A DNA stretch of 64,000 nucleotides from an uncultured delta proteobacterium (GCA_963828255.1 CAWHDZ010000027.1:128001-192000); one strand, 5' to 3'. Positions 47,736-57,397 are shown, counted from the stretch's first letter. Numbers and translations: made by a program. The notes: a model not told the origin generated them from the letters alone.

Positions 47736-50700
47736 CTAGGTGCCCTTGCGCTCGGGCTTGCGGAGCTCCCTCGGGTTCTCGCCGCCCTCGTGGCAGCGGA
47801 TGCAGAGTCCGCGGGCCGGGTTGCCGAGGAGGGTCTTCTCGTGGCCGGTGCCGTGCGCCCCGTGGCAGGAGAGGCAGGTCATGTTTCCCCCGGTGTTGGG
47901 GTCGGTGACGCCCTTGCCGATGGGGTGGCTGAACTGGGTGTGGGTCTTGTGGCATCCCAGGCACAGGTCGTCCTTCGGCTGTGTGAGAAGGGCCGGCTGC
48001 GCCGAGGAGTGGGGCTGATGGCAGGCCGTGCAGCGGCCGCCCGAGGCCTTGAGCGGGTGGATGGACTTGGACCTGGCGAGCGTGTCCTTCACGGCGTCGT
48101 GACACCCGAGGCAGACGGCGCGCTCGTTGTTGCCTTTCACCAGCCCCTTCTCGTCGGAGGCGTGCGGGGTGTGGCAGTCGGTGCAGTCGCCCTGTGCCGC
48201 GGCGTGGACCCCCGTCTTCGCCGAGACCTCGGTCTTCTTGTCGCCGTGGCAGCGGAAGCAGAGCGAAGGGCTCTTCGCCAGGAGGGCCTGCGGCTTCGCG
48301 CCGGTTCCGGCGTGGCAGCGCGCGCACGCGCCGAAGACCTTGTGCGTGTTGGAGCGGATGAGATGGGGCTGGTCGGAGCCGTGCGGGTTGTGGCAGGAGG
48401 CGCAATCGACCCCGGCCAGCGGGAACCGCTGGTGGGCCGTCTGCATCGCCGGCTTCCGCGTGTCGTGGCACTTCAGGCAGAGCTTCTCCCGCGGCGCGAC
48501 CAGCATGGCCTGGTTCGCCGAGCCGTGCGGGTCGTGACAGTCGGTGCAGGACCCCCTCTGCACGACGGCGTGAACGTGCTTCGATCCGATCTGCTTCTTC
48601 TGCTTCTCGTGGCAGCCCAGGCACAGGTCGTTGCCGGCGCGAACCAGGTTGCCCTTCGTGTCGGAGGCGTGCGGATCGTGGCACTTCAGGCAGTCGCCCG
48701 CCTTCACCGGGGCGTGCGTCTCCTTGCTCGCGAAGGCCTTCGGGTCGTGGCACCCGAAGCAGAGGGCCCCGCCCGTCCGGACGAGCAGCTTGTCGGCCGT
48801 GGAGGCGTGCGGGGCGTGACAGCCCCCGCAGCGCTCCTGCTTGACGGCGGTGTGGACGTGCTTCTTCGCGAAGGTCTGGCGGGTGTCGCCGTGGCAGGTC
48901 TCGCACAGCGCCCGCCCCTTCGTCATGGTCTTCGGCTGGTTGGCGCCAGGCTTGGGCGCCACGTGGCAGGAGGTGCAGTCCCGGTTGATGAAGGGGGCGT
49001 GGCCCACGCGGCGGACGAGGTCCTTCTTGTCGCCGAAGTGCGGGTCGTGGCAGCCGAGGCAGGCGCTGCCCTCGATGGCGAACCCGGAGTGGCTCTTGAC
49101 GATGGCCGCGTCCTTGGCGTCGTGGCAGTCGAGGCACAGCTCGCGCCCGGCCTTGAGGAGCAGCGAGGGCTCCTTGGAAGCGTGGCCCGCGTGGCAGGCA
49201 TCGCACGATCCCTGCTTCGCCGGCATGTGGCTCGGGGCGGTGGCGCGGGCCAGCCTCTTCGTCAATGCGCCGTGGCAGTCGCCGCAGAGCTCGATCCGGT
49301 CCTTCTTCAGGAACGCACTGTCCTTGGAGCCGTGCGGCTCGTGGCAGGCGGTGCACTCGCGGTTGCGGACCGGGGCGTGGCTGGAGCGGACTCCCTTGGC
49401 ATCGAGCGCCGTCGGGACGCCGGCGTGGCACCCGATGCAGAGCGCACCCACCGGGCCGTCGAGGAGCTTCGGCGCGGTGGAGGCGTGCGCGGCGTGGCAG
49501 GTGGCGCAATCGCCGCTCGCCACGGGCGCGTGGAGCTTGGCCTTCTCGTACTTCTTCTTGAAGCCGTGGCACTTCTCGCAGAGCTGGCCCGCCGGAACGG
49601 TGAGGAGCTTGGCCTGGGCGGAGCCGTGCGGCTGGTGACACTCCGCGCAGCGTCCCTCGCGGACCGGGCGGTGCACGTTCTCCCCGCTGAAGGCCTTCTT
49701 CTCCCTCTCGTGGCAACCGTAGCAGAGCGTGGCCGCGTCCTTGACCAGCAGGCGTGGCTCGGCCGAGCCGTGCGGGTCGTGGCACCCCGCGCAGTCGCCC
49801 GAGCTGGCCGGCGCGTGGACGGTCTTGGCCTTCAGCCAGTCGGTAACGGCCGGGTGACACTGGACGCAGAGCGCCGGCGCGGCGGCCTTGAGGAGCTTCT
49901 TGTTGTCGGAGCCGTGCGGCGCGTGGCAGGAGGCGCAGTGCCCCTCACCGGCCGGCTTGTGGGCCTTCTTCGCCAGCTTCGCCTCGACGTCCGCATGGCA
50001 GGCGGCACAGGTCTCCCGTTCGGTCTGGACGAGGAGCTTGGCCCCCTTGCCCGAATGGGGCGAATGGCAGTCCGTGCATCCCTCGGCCGGAGGGTGGACG
50101 ACCTTCCTCTTGAGGTCGGCGGCCTGGTCTCCGTGGCAGTCGAGGCAGAGCCCGGGAACCGCCTTGGCGACGGCGAAGGGCTTGCCCTGCACCGAGCCGG
50201 CAGGGGCATGGCAACCCGAGCAGTCGGCGCCCACGGGGTGGACGCTCGCGAGGAGCCCCTTGGCGTCGGCGGACGAGTGCGGCGAGTGGCACTTGACGCA
50301 CCTTTGGCCTTCGACCGGGTAGCCGCCGTGGGCCGCCTTCAGCTTGGCGCCTCCGGCGTCGTGGCACTTTCCGCAGAGCGCCTTCTCGTCGCTCACCAGC
50401 AGGCTCTTGTGCGGGCTGGAGTGGGAGGCATGGCATTCGCTGCAGTCCTTGGCAGCCGGCGCGTGGACCTTGACTCCCTGGGTCTGCGCGTTCTTGTGAC
50501 AGGTGGCGCACGCCTTGTTGGTGGCCACCCGCATCAGGGCGGGGAAGTCGGACGAGTGGGCAGCGTGGCAGACGGTGCACTTGCCCTTGCCCGACCCCTG
50601 GATCGCCTTGTGGACGACCCCCTCGGCGAAGGACCGCTTCTCCTTCTCGTGGCAGGAGAAGCACAGGTCCGGCTCCTCCTTCTGCAGGACGTTCACGCCG

Positions 50701-50996
50701 ACGATGCCGTGGCGGCGGTGGCAGACCTCGCACTGGTCCGAGTCGCGGAAGGGCTTGTGGACGACCTTGCGGCTCTCCTGCTTGAGCACCTTCTCGTGGC
50801 AGGCGATGCAGGGCTTGGCCGGGGCGGTCTTCCTCGCGGCCTTGGGAGCGGGGCGAACGTCTGCCCCGTATGCATTGCCCGCCACGACCAGCGCGAGGGC
50901 GGCGAGCGCCCCCAGGTAGGGCAGCGTGGTCCTGCGGCTGCCACGTGCGGCGCCCCCGTGGCCAGGATGAAGGTTCGCGCGAGAGAAGTCGTTCAT
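47736..50996 (-). CDS. Giant periplasmic multiheme cytochrome c (42 CxxCH; paired-CxxCH repeats)
   Basis: 42 CxxCH by hand count in H..CxxCHxxH..L..CxxCH repeats; signal-like segment; Lys-rich. Confidence 0.92.
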   Translation of the reverse strand: MNDFSRANLHPGHGGAARGSRRTTLPYLGALAALALVVAGNAYGADVRPAPKAARKTAPAKPCIACHEKVLKQESRKVVHKPFRDSDQCEVCHRRHGIVGVNVLQKEEPDLCFSCHEKEKRSFAEGVVHKAIQGSGKGKCTVCHAAHSSDFPALMRVATNKACATCHKNAQTQGVKVHAPAAKDCSECHASHSSPHKSLLVSDEKALCGKCHDAGGAKLKAAHGGYPVEGQRCVKCHSPHSSADAKGLLASVHPVGADCSGCHAPAGSVQGKPFAVAKAVPGLCLDCHGDQAADLKRKVVHPPAEGCTDCHSPHSGKGAKLLVQTERETCAACHADVEAKLAKKAHKPAGEGHCASCHAPHGSDNKKLLKAAAPALCVQCHPAVTDWLKAKTVHAPASSGDCAGCHDPHGSAEPRLLVKDAATLCYGCHEREKKAFSGENVHRPVREGRCAECHQPHGSAQAKLLTVPAGQLCEKCHGFKKKYEKAKLHAPVASGDCATCHAAHASTAPKLLDGPVGALCIGCHAGVPTALDAKGVRSSHAPVRNRECTACHEPHGSKDSAFLKKDRIELCGDCHGALTKRLARATAPSHMPAKQGSCDACHAGHASKEPSLLLKAGRELCLDCHDAKDAAIVKSHSGFAIEGSACLGCHDPHFGDKKDLVRRVGHAPFINRDCTSCHVAPKPGANQPKTMTKGRALCETCHGDTRQTFAKKHVHTAVKQERCGGCHAPHASTADKLLVRTGGALCFGCHDPKAFASKETHAPVKAGDCLKCHDPHASDTKGNLVRAGNDLCLGCHEKQKKQIGSKHVHAVVQRGSCTDCHDPHGSANQAMLVAPREKLCLKCHDTRKPAMQTAHQRFPLAGVDCASCHNPHGSDQPHLIRSNTHKVFGACARCHAGTGAKPQALLAKSPSLCFRCHGDKKTEVSAKTGVHAAAQGDCTDCHTPHASDEKGLVKGNNERAVCLGCHDAVKDTLARSKSIHPLKASGGRCTACHQPHSSAQPALLTQPKDDLCLGCHKTHTQFSHPIGKGVTDPNTGGNMTCLSCHGAHGTGHEKTLLGNPARGLCIRCHEGGENPRELRKPERKGT

Positions 50997-51046
50997 GGGG
51001 GCCTCGAGGTCAATCTCCTGAAGCTGACGCACCGCACACCGTTGGA

Positions 51047-52645
51047 TCACTTCGCGGCCCGGGACAGCGCCGCGAGCGCGGCTTCGTCGACCTGCACCTT
51101 GGCCCCGGCCCGCAGCGCGTCGGCCTTGTGGCGGAGCGCCCCGGCGCCGCGCTCGGCCTTGAGTTCCATGGAGAGACGGTGGCGAACCTGATCGAGCGTG
51201 GCGCCCTTCTCGGCCACGTGGGCCTCGCATCGGATGACCCGGTAGCCGGCCTGGGTCTTGATCGGTGCGCTCAGCTCGCCGGGCGGAACGCTCGCCACGA
51301 CCGCGGCCAGCGCCGGGTCGCCGTCGGGCTGCCTGACCCGCTCCAGCTCCGCGTCGGTCACGAACCCGATGAGGCCGCCCTGCCTGGCGGTTCGCTGGTC
51401 CGTGCTCTCGCGCGCGACTTGGGCGAAGTCCTCCCCGGACGCGACGCGAGCCGCCAGCTTGCGCGCGCCCTCCTCGGTGGCAGCCACGAGCTGGAAGCAC
51501 CGCCGGCCGCCTGGCGTCATGAATTCGCCCTTGCGGGCCTGGTACCTTCCCTCCACTTCCGCGCTGGAGGGCTCCGGAGCCTCCATGCGGAGCCGGTCGG
51601 CGTAGGCCGCCGCCACCGCCGCCCTCTCGGCCTTGGCCGCCGCACGCGCGACCGCCGGGTCCTTCGAGAAGCGCTTCCAGGCCGCCTCGTCCAGAAGCGC
51701 CTTGCCCAGCAGGTCGAGCGCGAGCGTCGTCTTGACCTCCGGAGAGGCGCGCGGAGGTCCCTGGCGGGCACCACCGTGGCCGCCGCCCAGTTCCCTGACC
51801 ACCTGGGCGTAGGTGACCTGGACCTTCCCGGCCTTGGCCACGACCTTCGCCCCGCGCTTCCCCGAGACATCGAGGGAGTCGCCGGTCGCCGCGATGGCCT
51901 TCTCGTCCACGCCCCCCTTCCGCTCCTTGACGAGCCCGGCGACGTGCGTCTCGGTCGCCGCCGAACGCGCGTTCAGCTCGAGGTCCCGCCGGAGCTGGTC
52001 GTTGACCACGGCGTAGGCCGCCTCGTCCGGAAGCCGACGGTCCTGGACCAGGAAGACGGCGAAGCCGCCGTCCACGGACACGGGCCCGAGCGGCCTTTTG
52101 AGCGGCGCCTGGAAGACCTCCTTCGTCAGCGCCGGAGCCAGCGCCGAGCGCATCATCCAGCCCAGGTCGCCACCCTTCGCCTTCGAGGCCGGGTCAGTCG
52201 AGGTCTTGGCCTCCTCCGCGAAGCTGCTCCCCTTGAGGATCCGGTCGAGCGTCGCCCGGGCCTCGGCCTCGGTCGCGCGCGCGACGAGCAGGAGCCGCAC
52301 CTGATCCCCGCGCTGGTGGAACCGCTCCCGGACTTCGGCCTCCGGGACCTGGATGCCCGGATAAACGACGACCTCCAGGTACCTCTGGACCGCGGCACGC
52401 CGGCGGGCAGCCTCGATGGCGGGCCGTGCCGCGGCGGGGGGCTTGATGCCCAGCTTCTTCGCCTCGCCGGCGAGCACGATCTCCGCGATGAGATCGTCGA
52501 GCGCCACCTGTGGCGTGGCACGACCGCTCACGGCGCGTGCCTTCACTTCGGTGGCGGTGATGACTTCGTCTCCGACCCGGGCGACGATGGGATCGACGGG
52601 CGCGGCGGCGAGCAGGACGGCACAGACACTCCAGAGCATGGGCAT
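51047..52645 (-). CDS. Parvulin-type PPIase/SurA-like chaperone, two PpiC domains
   Basis: IVARVGDEVIT, GSSFAEEAKTS.DPASKAKGGDLGW, GEDFAQVARES..GGLIGF, PIKTQAGYRVI. Confidence 0.88.
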   Translation of the reverse strand: MPMLWSVCAVLLAAAPVDPIVARVGDEVITATEVKARAVSGRATPQVALDDLIAEIVLAGEAKKLGIKPPAAARPAIEAARRRAAVQRYLEVVVYPGIQVPEAEVRERFHQRGDQVRLLLVARATEAEARATLDRILKGSSFAEEAKTSTDPASKAKGGDLGWMMRSALAPALTKEVFQAPLKRPLGPVSVDGGFAVFLVQDRRLPDEAAYAVVNDQLRRDLELNARSAATETHVAGLVKERKGGVDEKAIAATGDSLDVSGKRGAKVVAKAGKVQVTYAQVVRELGGGHGGARQGPPRASPEVKTTLALDLLGKALLDEAAWKRFSKDPAVARAAAKAERAAVAAAYADRLRMEAPEPSSAEVEGRYQARKGEFMTPGGRRCFQLVAATEEGARKLAARVASGEDFAQVARESTDQRTARQGGLIGFVTDAELERVRQPDGDPALAAVVASVPPGELSAPIKTQAGYRVIRCEAHVAEKGATLDQVRHRLSMELKAERGAGALRHKADALRAGAKVQVDEAALAALSRAAK

Positions 52646-52670
52646 TCCTCAGGGACGAGGCCTTCGGCCA

Positions 52671-52713
52671 TGCATGCAGCATACCGCCTTGCCTGCCGCA
52701 CAACCGATTGATC
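52671..52713 (-). promoter_or_regulatory. Putative sigma54 promoter with upstream IHF-like site for the PPIase/cytochrome operon
   Basis: Minus strand CGGTATGCTGCATGCA (GG-N10-GC) at 52671-52686; GATCAATCGGTTG (WATCAAN4TTR-like) at 52701-52713. Confidence 0.45.
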
Positions 52714-52879
52714 TCCCGAGAGTTACAAGCGTTCGAAGGGGATCGCATGCACCTCTTGCGCGATCGGTTGCGATGGACGCAAAGTTCGTCCCCCCGTCGC
52801 GGACGACCGTGCCGGAGCGGTCCCGTGCCAGGACGGGACCCACGCCGGAGGAACGAGCTCCGGGTGATCGGTCCTCAGC

Positions 52880-53338
52880 TCAGCGCCGAGCGACCGGCCT
52901 GTCCTCGTCGCCCACCGCGTGACAAGTCTTGCACAGCGAGGTGGCGTCCGTTGCGGCGCCAGGAATGACCAGGTGCATGTGGTTGCCGGAGCCCGCATCG
53001 TGGCAAGTCAGGCACGTCACCTTCCCCCCGGCGAGCTTCAGACCGCTCCTCGTCACGCTGGCGACATCCTTGAGAGGCGACCTGGCGTCGCCCGGGAGGG
53101 ATCTCGCTGAGACCCGCCTCGCCCTCGCATCGCCGTAGTCCACGTCCACCGGGTGCGTGCGGTGCGAGCCGGCTTCGTGGCAGGCGATGCAGTCCCGGTC
53201 GGTGACCCGTGCGCCCTCGCCGCCCTCGAGGCCACAATGCCTCCGTGTCGCTTGCCTGTCCGACGGGTTCACTTCCGGATCGACGACGGGAGCGGCGACC
53301 AGCACGGCGGCGATCATGGAGGCGGAAAGCGAGAGCAT
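52880..53338 (-). CDS. Small triheme cytochrome c
   Basis: Signal; CIACH, THPV, CLTCH, CKTCH. Confidence 0.85.
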   Translation of the reverse strand: MLSLSASMIAAVLVAAPVVDPEVNPSDRQATRRHCGLEGGEGARVTDRDCIACHEAGSHRTHPVDVDYGDARARRVSARSLPGDARSPLKDVASVTRSGLKLAGGKVTCLTCHDAGSGNHMHLVIPGAATDATSLCKTCHAVGDEDRPVARR

Positions 53339-53504
53339 GGTAGTTGCTGATAGTGTATGCCGTGCACCAGGACGACGCCAGGATGGCGCTCATCTTTCGG
53401 GCGCGTGCGTGGATGTAGGCTCGCTGGTGACATGACCCTGATCGACAACCCCGGGCTGGAAGCGTTATGACTTGCCTGCGGGTCCACGTCTGGACCCTTG
53501 CACC

Positions 53505-55292
53505 ATGCCATCCATGACCGCGTCGTCCCAGGCCTGGTGGGCCCGGCGCCCGGCACCGCGCTGGCGCGCGCTCTTCCTCGTCCTGGCCGTCTTCGCCTCC
53601 TACGCGCCGGCGGTCCGGGGTGAGTTCGTCTTCGACGACCACGCGCTCGTCGACCAAGCCGAGACCGTTCGCGTACCGCTCTCGGATCTCTGGACGACTG
53701 CCAGATCCTCCGACTACTGGCCGCTCAGCTACACGGTCCTGTGGCTCCAGTGGCGGGCCTGGGGAGACCGGCCCCTCGGCTACCACGTCGTCAACGTGGC
53801 CCTTCACGCCGTCAATGCCCTGCTCGTCTGGCACGTGCTCGCCCTCCTCGGTCTCCCCGGCGCGTGGCTCGGAGGATTGCTCTTCGGCCTCCACCCGGTT
53901 GCCGTGGAGTCGGTCGCGTGGATATCCGAGCTGAAGAACGTGCTCTCGGGGCTCCTCTTCCTGTCCACGAGCGCTGCCTGGATCCGCCACCGCCTGCACG
54001 GCGGAAGAAGATGGTACGTCTTGGCGCTCGCCTCGTTCCTCCTCGCGCTGCTCGCGAAGACCTCCACGGTGATGCTGCCCGTCGTCCTCCTGGGGTGGGA
54101 CGTGCTCCGGAGGCGCGGCCCACCCCGGCGGCGCGAGCTGGCCGGGCTGGCCCCGTTCTTCGCCCTCTCCCTCCTGCTCGGCGCGGTCACCCTCTGGTTC
54201 CAGTGGAACCGGGCGATGTCGGGGACGTCCGACGCGAGGTCGATCTTCGAGCGGGTCTTCGCACCGGCATGGGCCTTCTGCGCGTACGTCTGGACGGCCT
54301 ACGTCCCGGTCGGCCTCGCCTTCCTCTACCCGCCGTGGCCAGTGTCGCCGACGTCTCCGTGGTTTGCGCTACCCGCGGCCGCCCTTGCGCTGGGCGCCGT
54401 CATTCTCTGGAGGTACAGGCGGAGCGCGGGCGGCCCGATCCTCCTCGCGCTCGGGTACCAGGGGGTGATGCTCCTTCCCGTCCTGGGGCTCGTGGGCATC
54501 GCCTTCTTCATGTGGAGCCCGGTCGCGAATCACCTGCAGTACTTGGCCCTGCCCGGCCCGGTCGCGCTCGTCGCCTTCGCGCTGGCGCGACCGCCCGGGA
54601 GCCGCTGGCGGGCGTTCGCCACCGGGGCCTCGGTCGTGATCGTCCTCGGCCTGGGCGCCACGACGTTCGCCCGGGCGCACGCCTTCGCCGACGACTTCAC
54701 GCTGTGGGAGACGGCCGAGCGCGATGCGCCCGGGAGCCTCCACGCCGCCTGGATGCACAGCGTCGAGCTGAAGAAGCGCGGACGGCCCGCCGAGGCGAAC
54801 GCCGCGCTCGCCGCCCTGGCGGAGCGGGCCGGCGATCCGGCCACGCGCCACGCCGCGCGCTGCCTCTGGCTGCTGGGGACCGGTCGCCACGCCGAGGCGC
54901 TTCCCGAGGCCTTGGCGTCGGACCGGCTTCGCCACGACCACATCCTCCAGATCGACGTGGGAATCGCGCTCCTCCGCGCCGGGCGGCCTGTGGAGTCGCT
55001 CGGCGTCCTGGCCCCGCTCTCGAGGCGGAACCCCTCCGACGCGGAGTCGCGCCACTGGCTGCGCACCGCCCTCGACGGAGCCCTCGTCGATCGCGACGCG
55101 ATCCGGGCGCTCGCGGCGTCCTGCCGGAGGGATCCGGGGGACGGCTGGAGCTGCCGCACCTTCGCCCTGCTGGCGATCGCAGCCGACCGTCCCGAGCCAG
55201 CGCGCGCGGCCGTGGCCGCCCTGCTCGGCCTGGGGGATCACGACCCCCGGGTGACCGCCGAGCTGGCGGCCCTGGAATCCTTGGCCCGCTGA
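53505..55292 (+). CDS. TMTC-like GT-C glycosyltransferase with TPR-like C-terminus
   Basis: EFVFDD, YWPL, YHVVNVALHAVN, LHPVAVESVAWISELKN, LLAKTS. Confidence 0.82.
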   Translation: MPSMTASSQAWWARRPAPRWRALFLVLAVFASYAPAVRGEFVFDDHALVDQAETVRVPLSDLWTTARSSDYWPLSYTVLWLQWRAWGDRPLGYHVVNVALHAVNALLVWHVLALLGLPGAWLGGLLFGLHPVAVESVAWISELKNVLSGLLFLSTSAAWIRHRLHGGRRWYVLALASFLLALLAKTSTVMLPVVLLGWDVLRRRGPPRRRELAGLAPFFALSLLLGAVTLWFQWNRAMSGTSDARSIFERVFAPAWAFCAYVWTAYVPVGLAFLYPPWPVSPTSPWFALPAAALALGAVILWRYRRSAGGPILLALGYQGVMLLPVLGLVGIAFFMWSPVANHLQYLALPGPVALVAFALARPPGSRWRAFATGASVVIVLGLGATTFARAHAFADDFTLWETAERDAPGSLHAAWMHSVELKKRGRPAEANAALAALAERAGDPATRHAARCLWLLGTGRHAEALPEALASDRLRHDHILQIDVGIALLRAGRPVESLGVLAPLSRRNPSDAESRHWLRTALDGALVDRDAIRALAASCRRDPGDGWSCRTFALLAIAADRPEPARAAVAALLGLGDHDPRVTAELAALESLAR

Positions 55293-55318
55293 AGGGGGGC
55301 CGCCCCTCCGGAAGTTCT

Positions 55319-57397
55319 TCAGTGGCAGTCGCTGGCGCAGCTCGCGGGACTCACCACGTCGATGACGCCGTTCACGTGCTTCGCGGTGCTCGTGAAGGCC
55401 GTTCCCAGCGCGTCCACACCCGGGTGACAAACGTTGCAGTCGTTGCGCGAGGCCCGGGTCGATCCTCCGTGGCGGCCACCGTGCCAGACGCCCGCCAGGA
55501 GCGCCCGGGACGTCTCGTGGCAGGAAGTGCAGGTCAGCTGCGCCCCTGTCCACGTGGGGCTCGCGTTCTTGCCGGCGTACAACGTCGGCGCGAGGGGATA
55601 GCCAGTCAGCGGGTCGATCGCATTGTAGGTCCCCGAGTACCCGCCGTGGCAGTGGGTGCTGGAGCAGGTGAGCGTGGTCGCGTTCCAGGACGGAGTGAGC
55701 CCACCTGCGGACGCCACACCGCTCCACGTCACCGTCGCCCTCGACCCGTCCAGGTGGCCGGCCGAGAGCGCGCTCGCGGGGTTGACATGGCAGGCCGAGC
55801 AGGCAAACGCCGGCGCGACCGCTCCCGCGACCACGTGCTTCGTGTGCGCCCCGATGCGGTTCGCGTCGGTGCGGAATCCCCAGGTTCCCTGGGGCGGCGC
55901 GCCGGTCGCGTTGGCCGTGCCGCCGTGGCAGCCCGTGCAGCTCGTCTTCCACGTCGCGCCGTGGCAGGTCGCGCACGAGGTCGTGGCCGTTCCGCCCACG
56001 CCGTCGAGGTTCACACCGTGGCAGCCCTGGCAGGAGGAGATGCCGTTGTTCGCCGAGTAGGCATGGAAGGCCGGGCTCGCGGTATCGGTCCAGCCCGCCG
56101 GGTGAATTCCTCCCGAGGCCTGGACGGCGCCGTCGAGGTGCATGCCGCCGGAGGCGATCGCGATGAGCTGGCCGGACGCGTTCATGGTCTGGGGGTGGCA
56201 GGAGGAGCAGCCGGTCAGGGCCGCTGACACCACCGGGTGGGAACCGCCGGGAGGCAGGCCGTGGCAGGTGCCGCAGGCCGCCTTGCCGGTGCCCACCTGG
56301 GTCCAGACGAGCGCATTCGCGATGTTCCCGTTGGTGAACTGGCCGTGGCAGTAGGTGTTGGAGCAGGTGGCGGTGCCGCGGGTCCAGGTGGGGGCCGCTC
56401 CGCGGGCGACGGCGAGGCCGCTCCAGGTCACCTCGGCGGTGGGGGTGGCGTCGATGTGCCCGGCGGCGAGCGCATCGGCCGGGTTCACGTGGCAGACGTT
56501 GCAGGTGACGGCGGGCGCGGTGGCGGTTCCGGTGACGTGGGTGGCATGGGCGCCGACGCGGGTGGTGTCGGCCAAGTTGCCCCAGGTGGCCTTGGGTGGC
56601 GCGCCGGTCTGGTTGCCGCTGCCTCCGTGGCACATCACGCAGTTCACCTTCCAGCTGGCGACGCCCGAGGGTAGGGCCGCGTCGTGGCACTGGCCGCAGG
56701 AGACGGCGGTGGAGAGGCCGGTGAGCGCGGTCCCATGGCAGCCCTGGCACGTCGCGAGACCCTTGTTGGCCTCGTAGGCGTGGAAGCCGGGGCTGGTCCT
56801 GTCCGACCAGGCCGGGACGTGGCCGACCAGCGTGGTCGTCCCGCCGGTGTGGTTGGTGGTGCTGGTGTGGCAGCCGGTGCAGTCCGCGCTGGTCGGGTTC
56901 GGGTTCCCGATGACCACGTGGGTGGGAGGCAGCACCGATGTCACGTGGCAGTCGGTGCAGCCCCGCGGGCCCGCGGTCCAGGCGACGGGCTTCAGGGGCG
57001 CGCCCATCGGGCTGTGGCAGGCCACGGTGCAGGTCGTCGGATTGCCGTTGACGGCCCGGACGAACGTGCCTCCCGCGGTGGTGGTGCCCTTCGGATAGGT
57101 GTACGGAACGTCGAAGCCGAACTCCGCTCCGCAGGGGTGGCAGGTCGCACAGCCCACCCCTTCGTTGACGTGCCTGGTGTGGACGTCGACTCCGCCGCAC
57201 ATCGGGCCATTCGCGACCGTGCGCGTGGAGCCAGCCGGCCGCGCGCGCAGCGCCCCGGCCGCGGGCGCCTGGACGGCGGCCTCCTGGACCGGCTCGTTCC
57301 CCTGCGCGCCGCACCCGAGCGCTCCGACGAGCAGGACCGTCGTGGCCAGCGCGACCGCGCCCCTCGTGCTTCGAACACCGCTGGTGATTGCGCTCAT
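55319..57397 (-). CDS. CxxxxCH/CxxCH-domain multiheme lipoprotein cytochrome (~19 hemes)
   Basis: Lipobox ALGC; 15 CxxCH + 2 Cx3CH + 2 Cx4CH by hand count; Thr/Gly/Ala-rich. Confidence 0.9.
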   Translation of the reverse strand: MSAITSGVRSTRGAVALATTVLLVGALGCGAQGNEPVQEAAVQAPAAGALRARPAGSTRTVANGPMCGGVDVHTRHVNEGVGCATCHPCGAEFGFDVPYTYPKGTTTAGGTFVRAVNGNPTTCTVACHSPMGAPLKPVAWTAGPRGCTDCHVTSVLPPTHVVIGNPNPTSADCTGCHTSTTNHTGGTTTLVGHVPAWSDRTSPGFHAYEANKGLATCQGCHGTALTGLSTAVSCGQCHDAALPSGVASWKVNCVMCHGGSGNQTGAPPKATWGNLADTTRVGAHATHVTGTATAPAVTCNVCHVNPADALAAGHIDATPTAEVTWSGLAVARGAAPTWTRGTATCSNTYCHGQFTNGNIANALVWTQVGTGKAACGTCHGLPPGGSHPVVSAALTGCSSCHPQTMNASGQLIAIASGGMHLDGAVQASGGIHPAGWTDTASPAFHAYSANNGISSCQGCHGVNLDGVGGTATTSCATCHGATWKTSCTGCHGGTANATGAPPQGTWGFRTDANRIGAHTKHVVAGAVAPAFACSACHVNPASALSAGHLDGSRATVTWSGVASAGGLTPSWNATTLTCSSTHCHGGYSGTYNAIDPLTGYPLAPTLYAGKNASPTWTGAQLTCTSCHETSRALLAGVWHGGRHGGSTRASRNDCNVCHPGVDALGTAFTSTAKHVNGVIDVVSPASCASDCH

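Noticed and set aside
46662..51191. 1509-aa plus-strand ORF (and similar long ORFs at 40096-43383, 57475-60909)
   Set aside because: Antisense shadows of real genes; stop codons are scarce at this GC content and no domains are recognisable
52770..52850. GGACGCAAAG, a GEMM-like core
   Set aside because: Wrong strand for the flanking genes and no P2 GNRA stem; the nearby gtcccgt/acgggac palindrome fits a protein-binding site better
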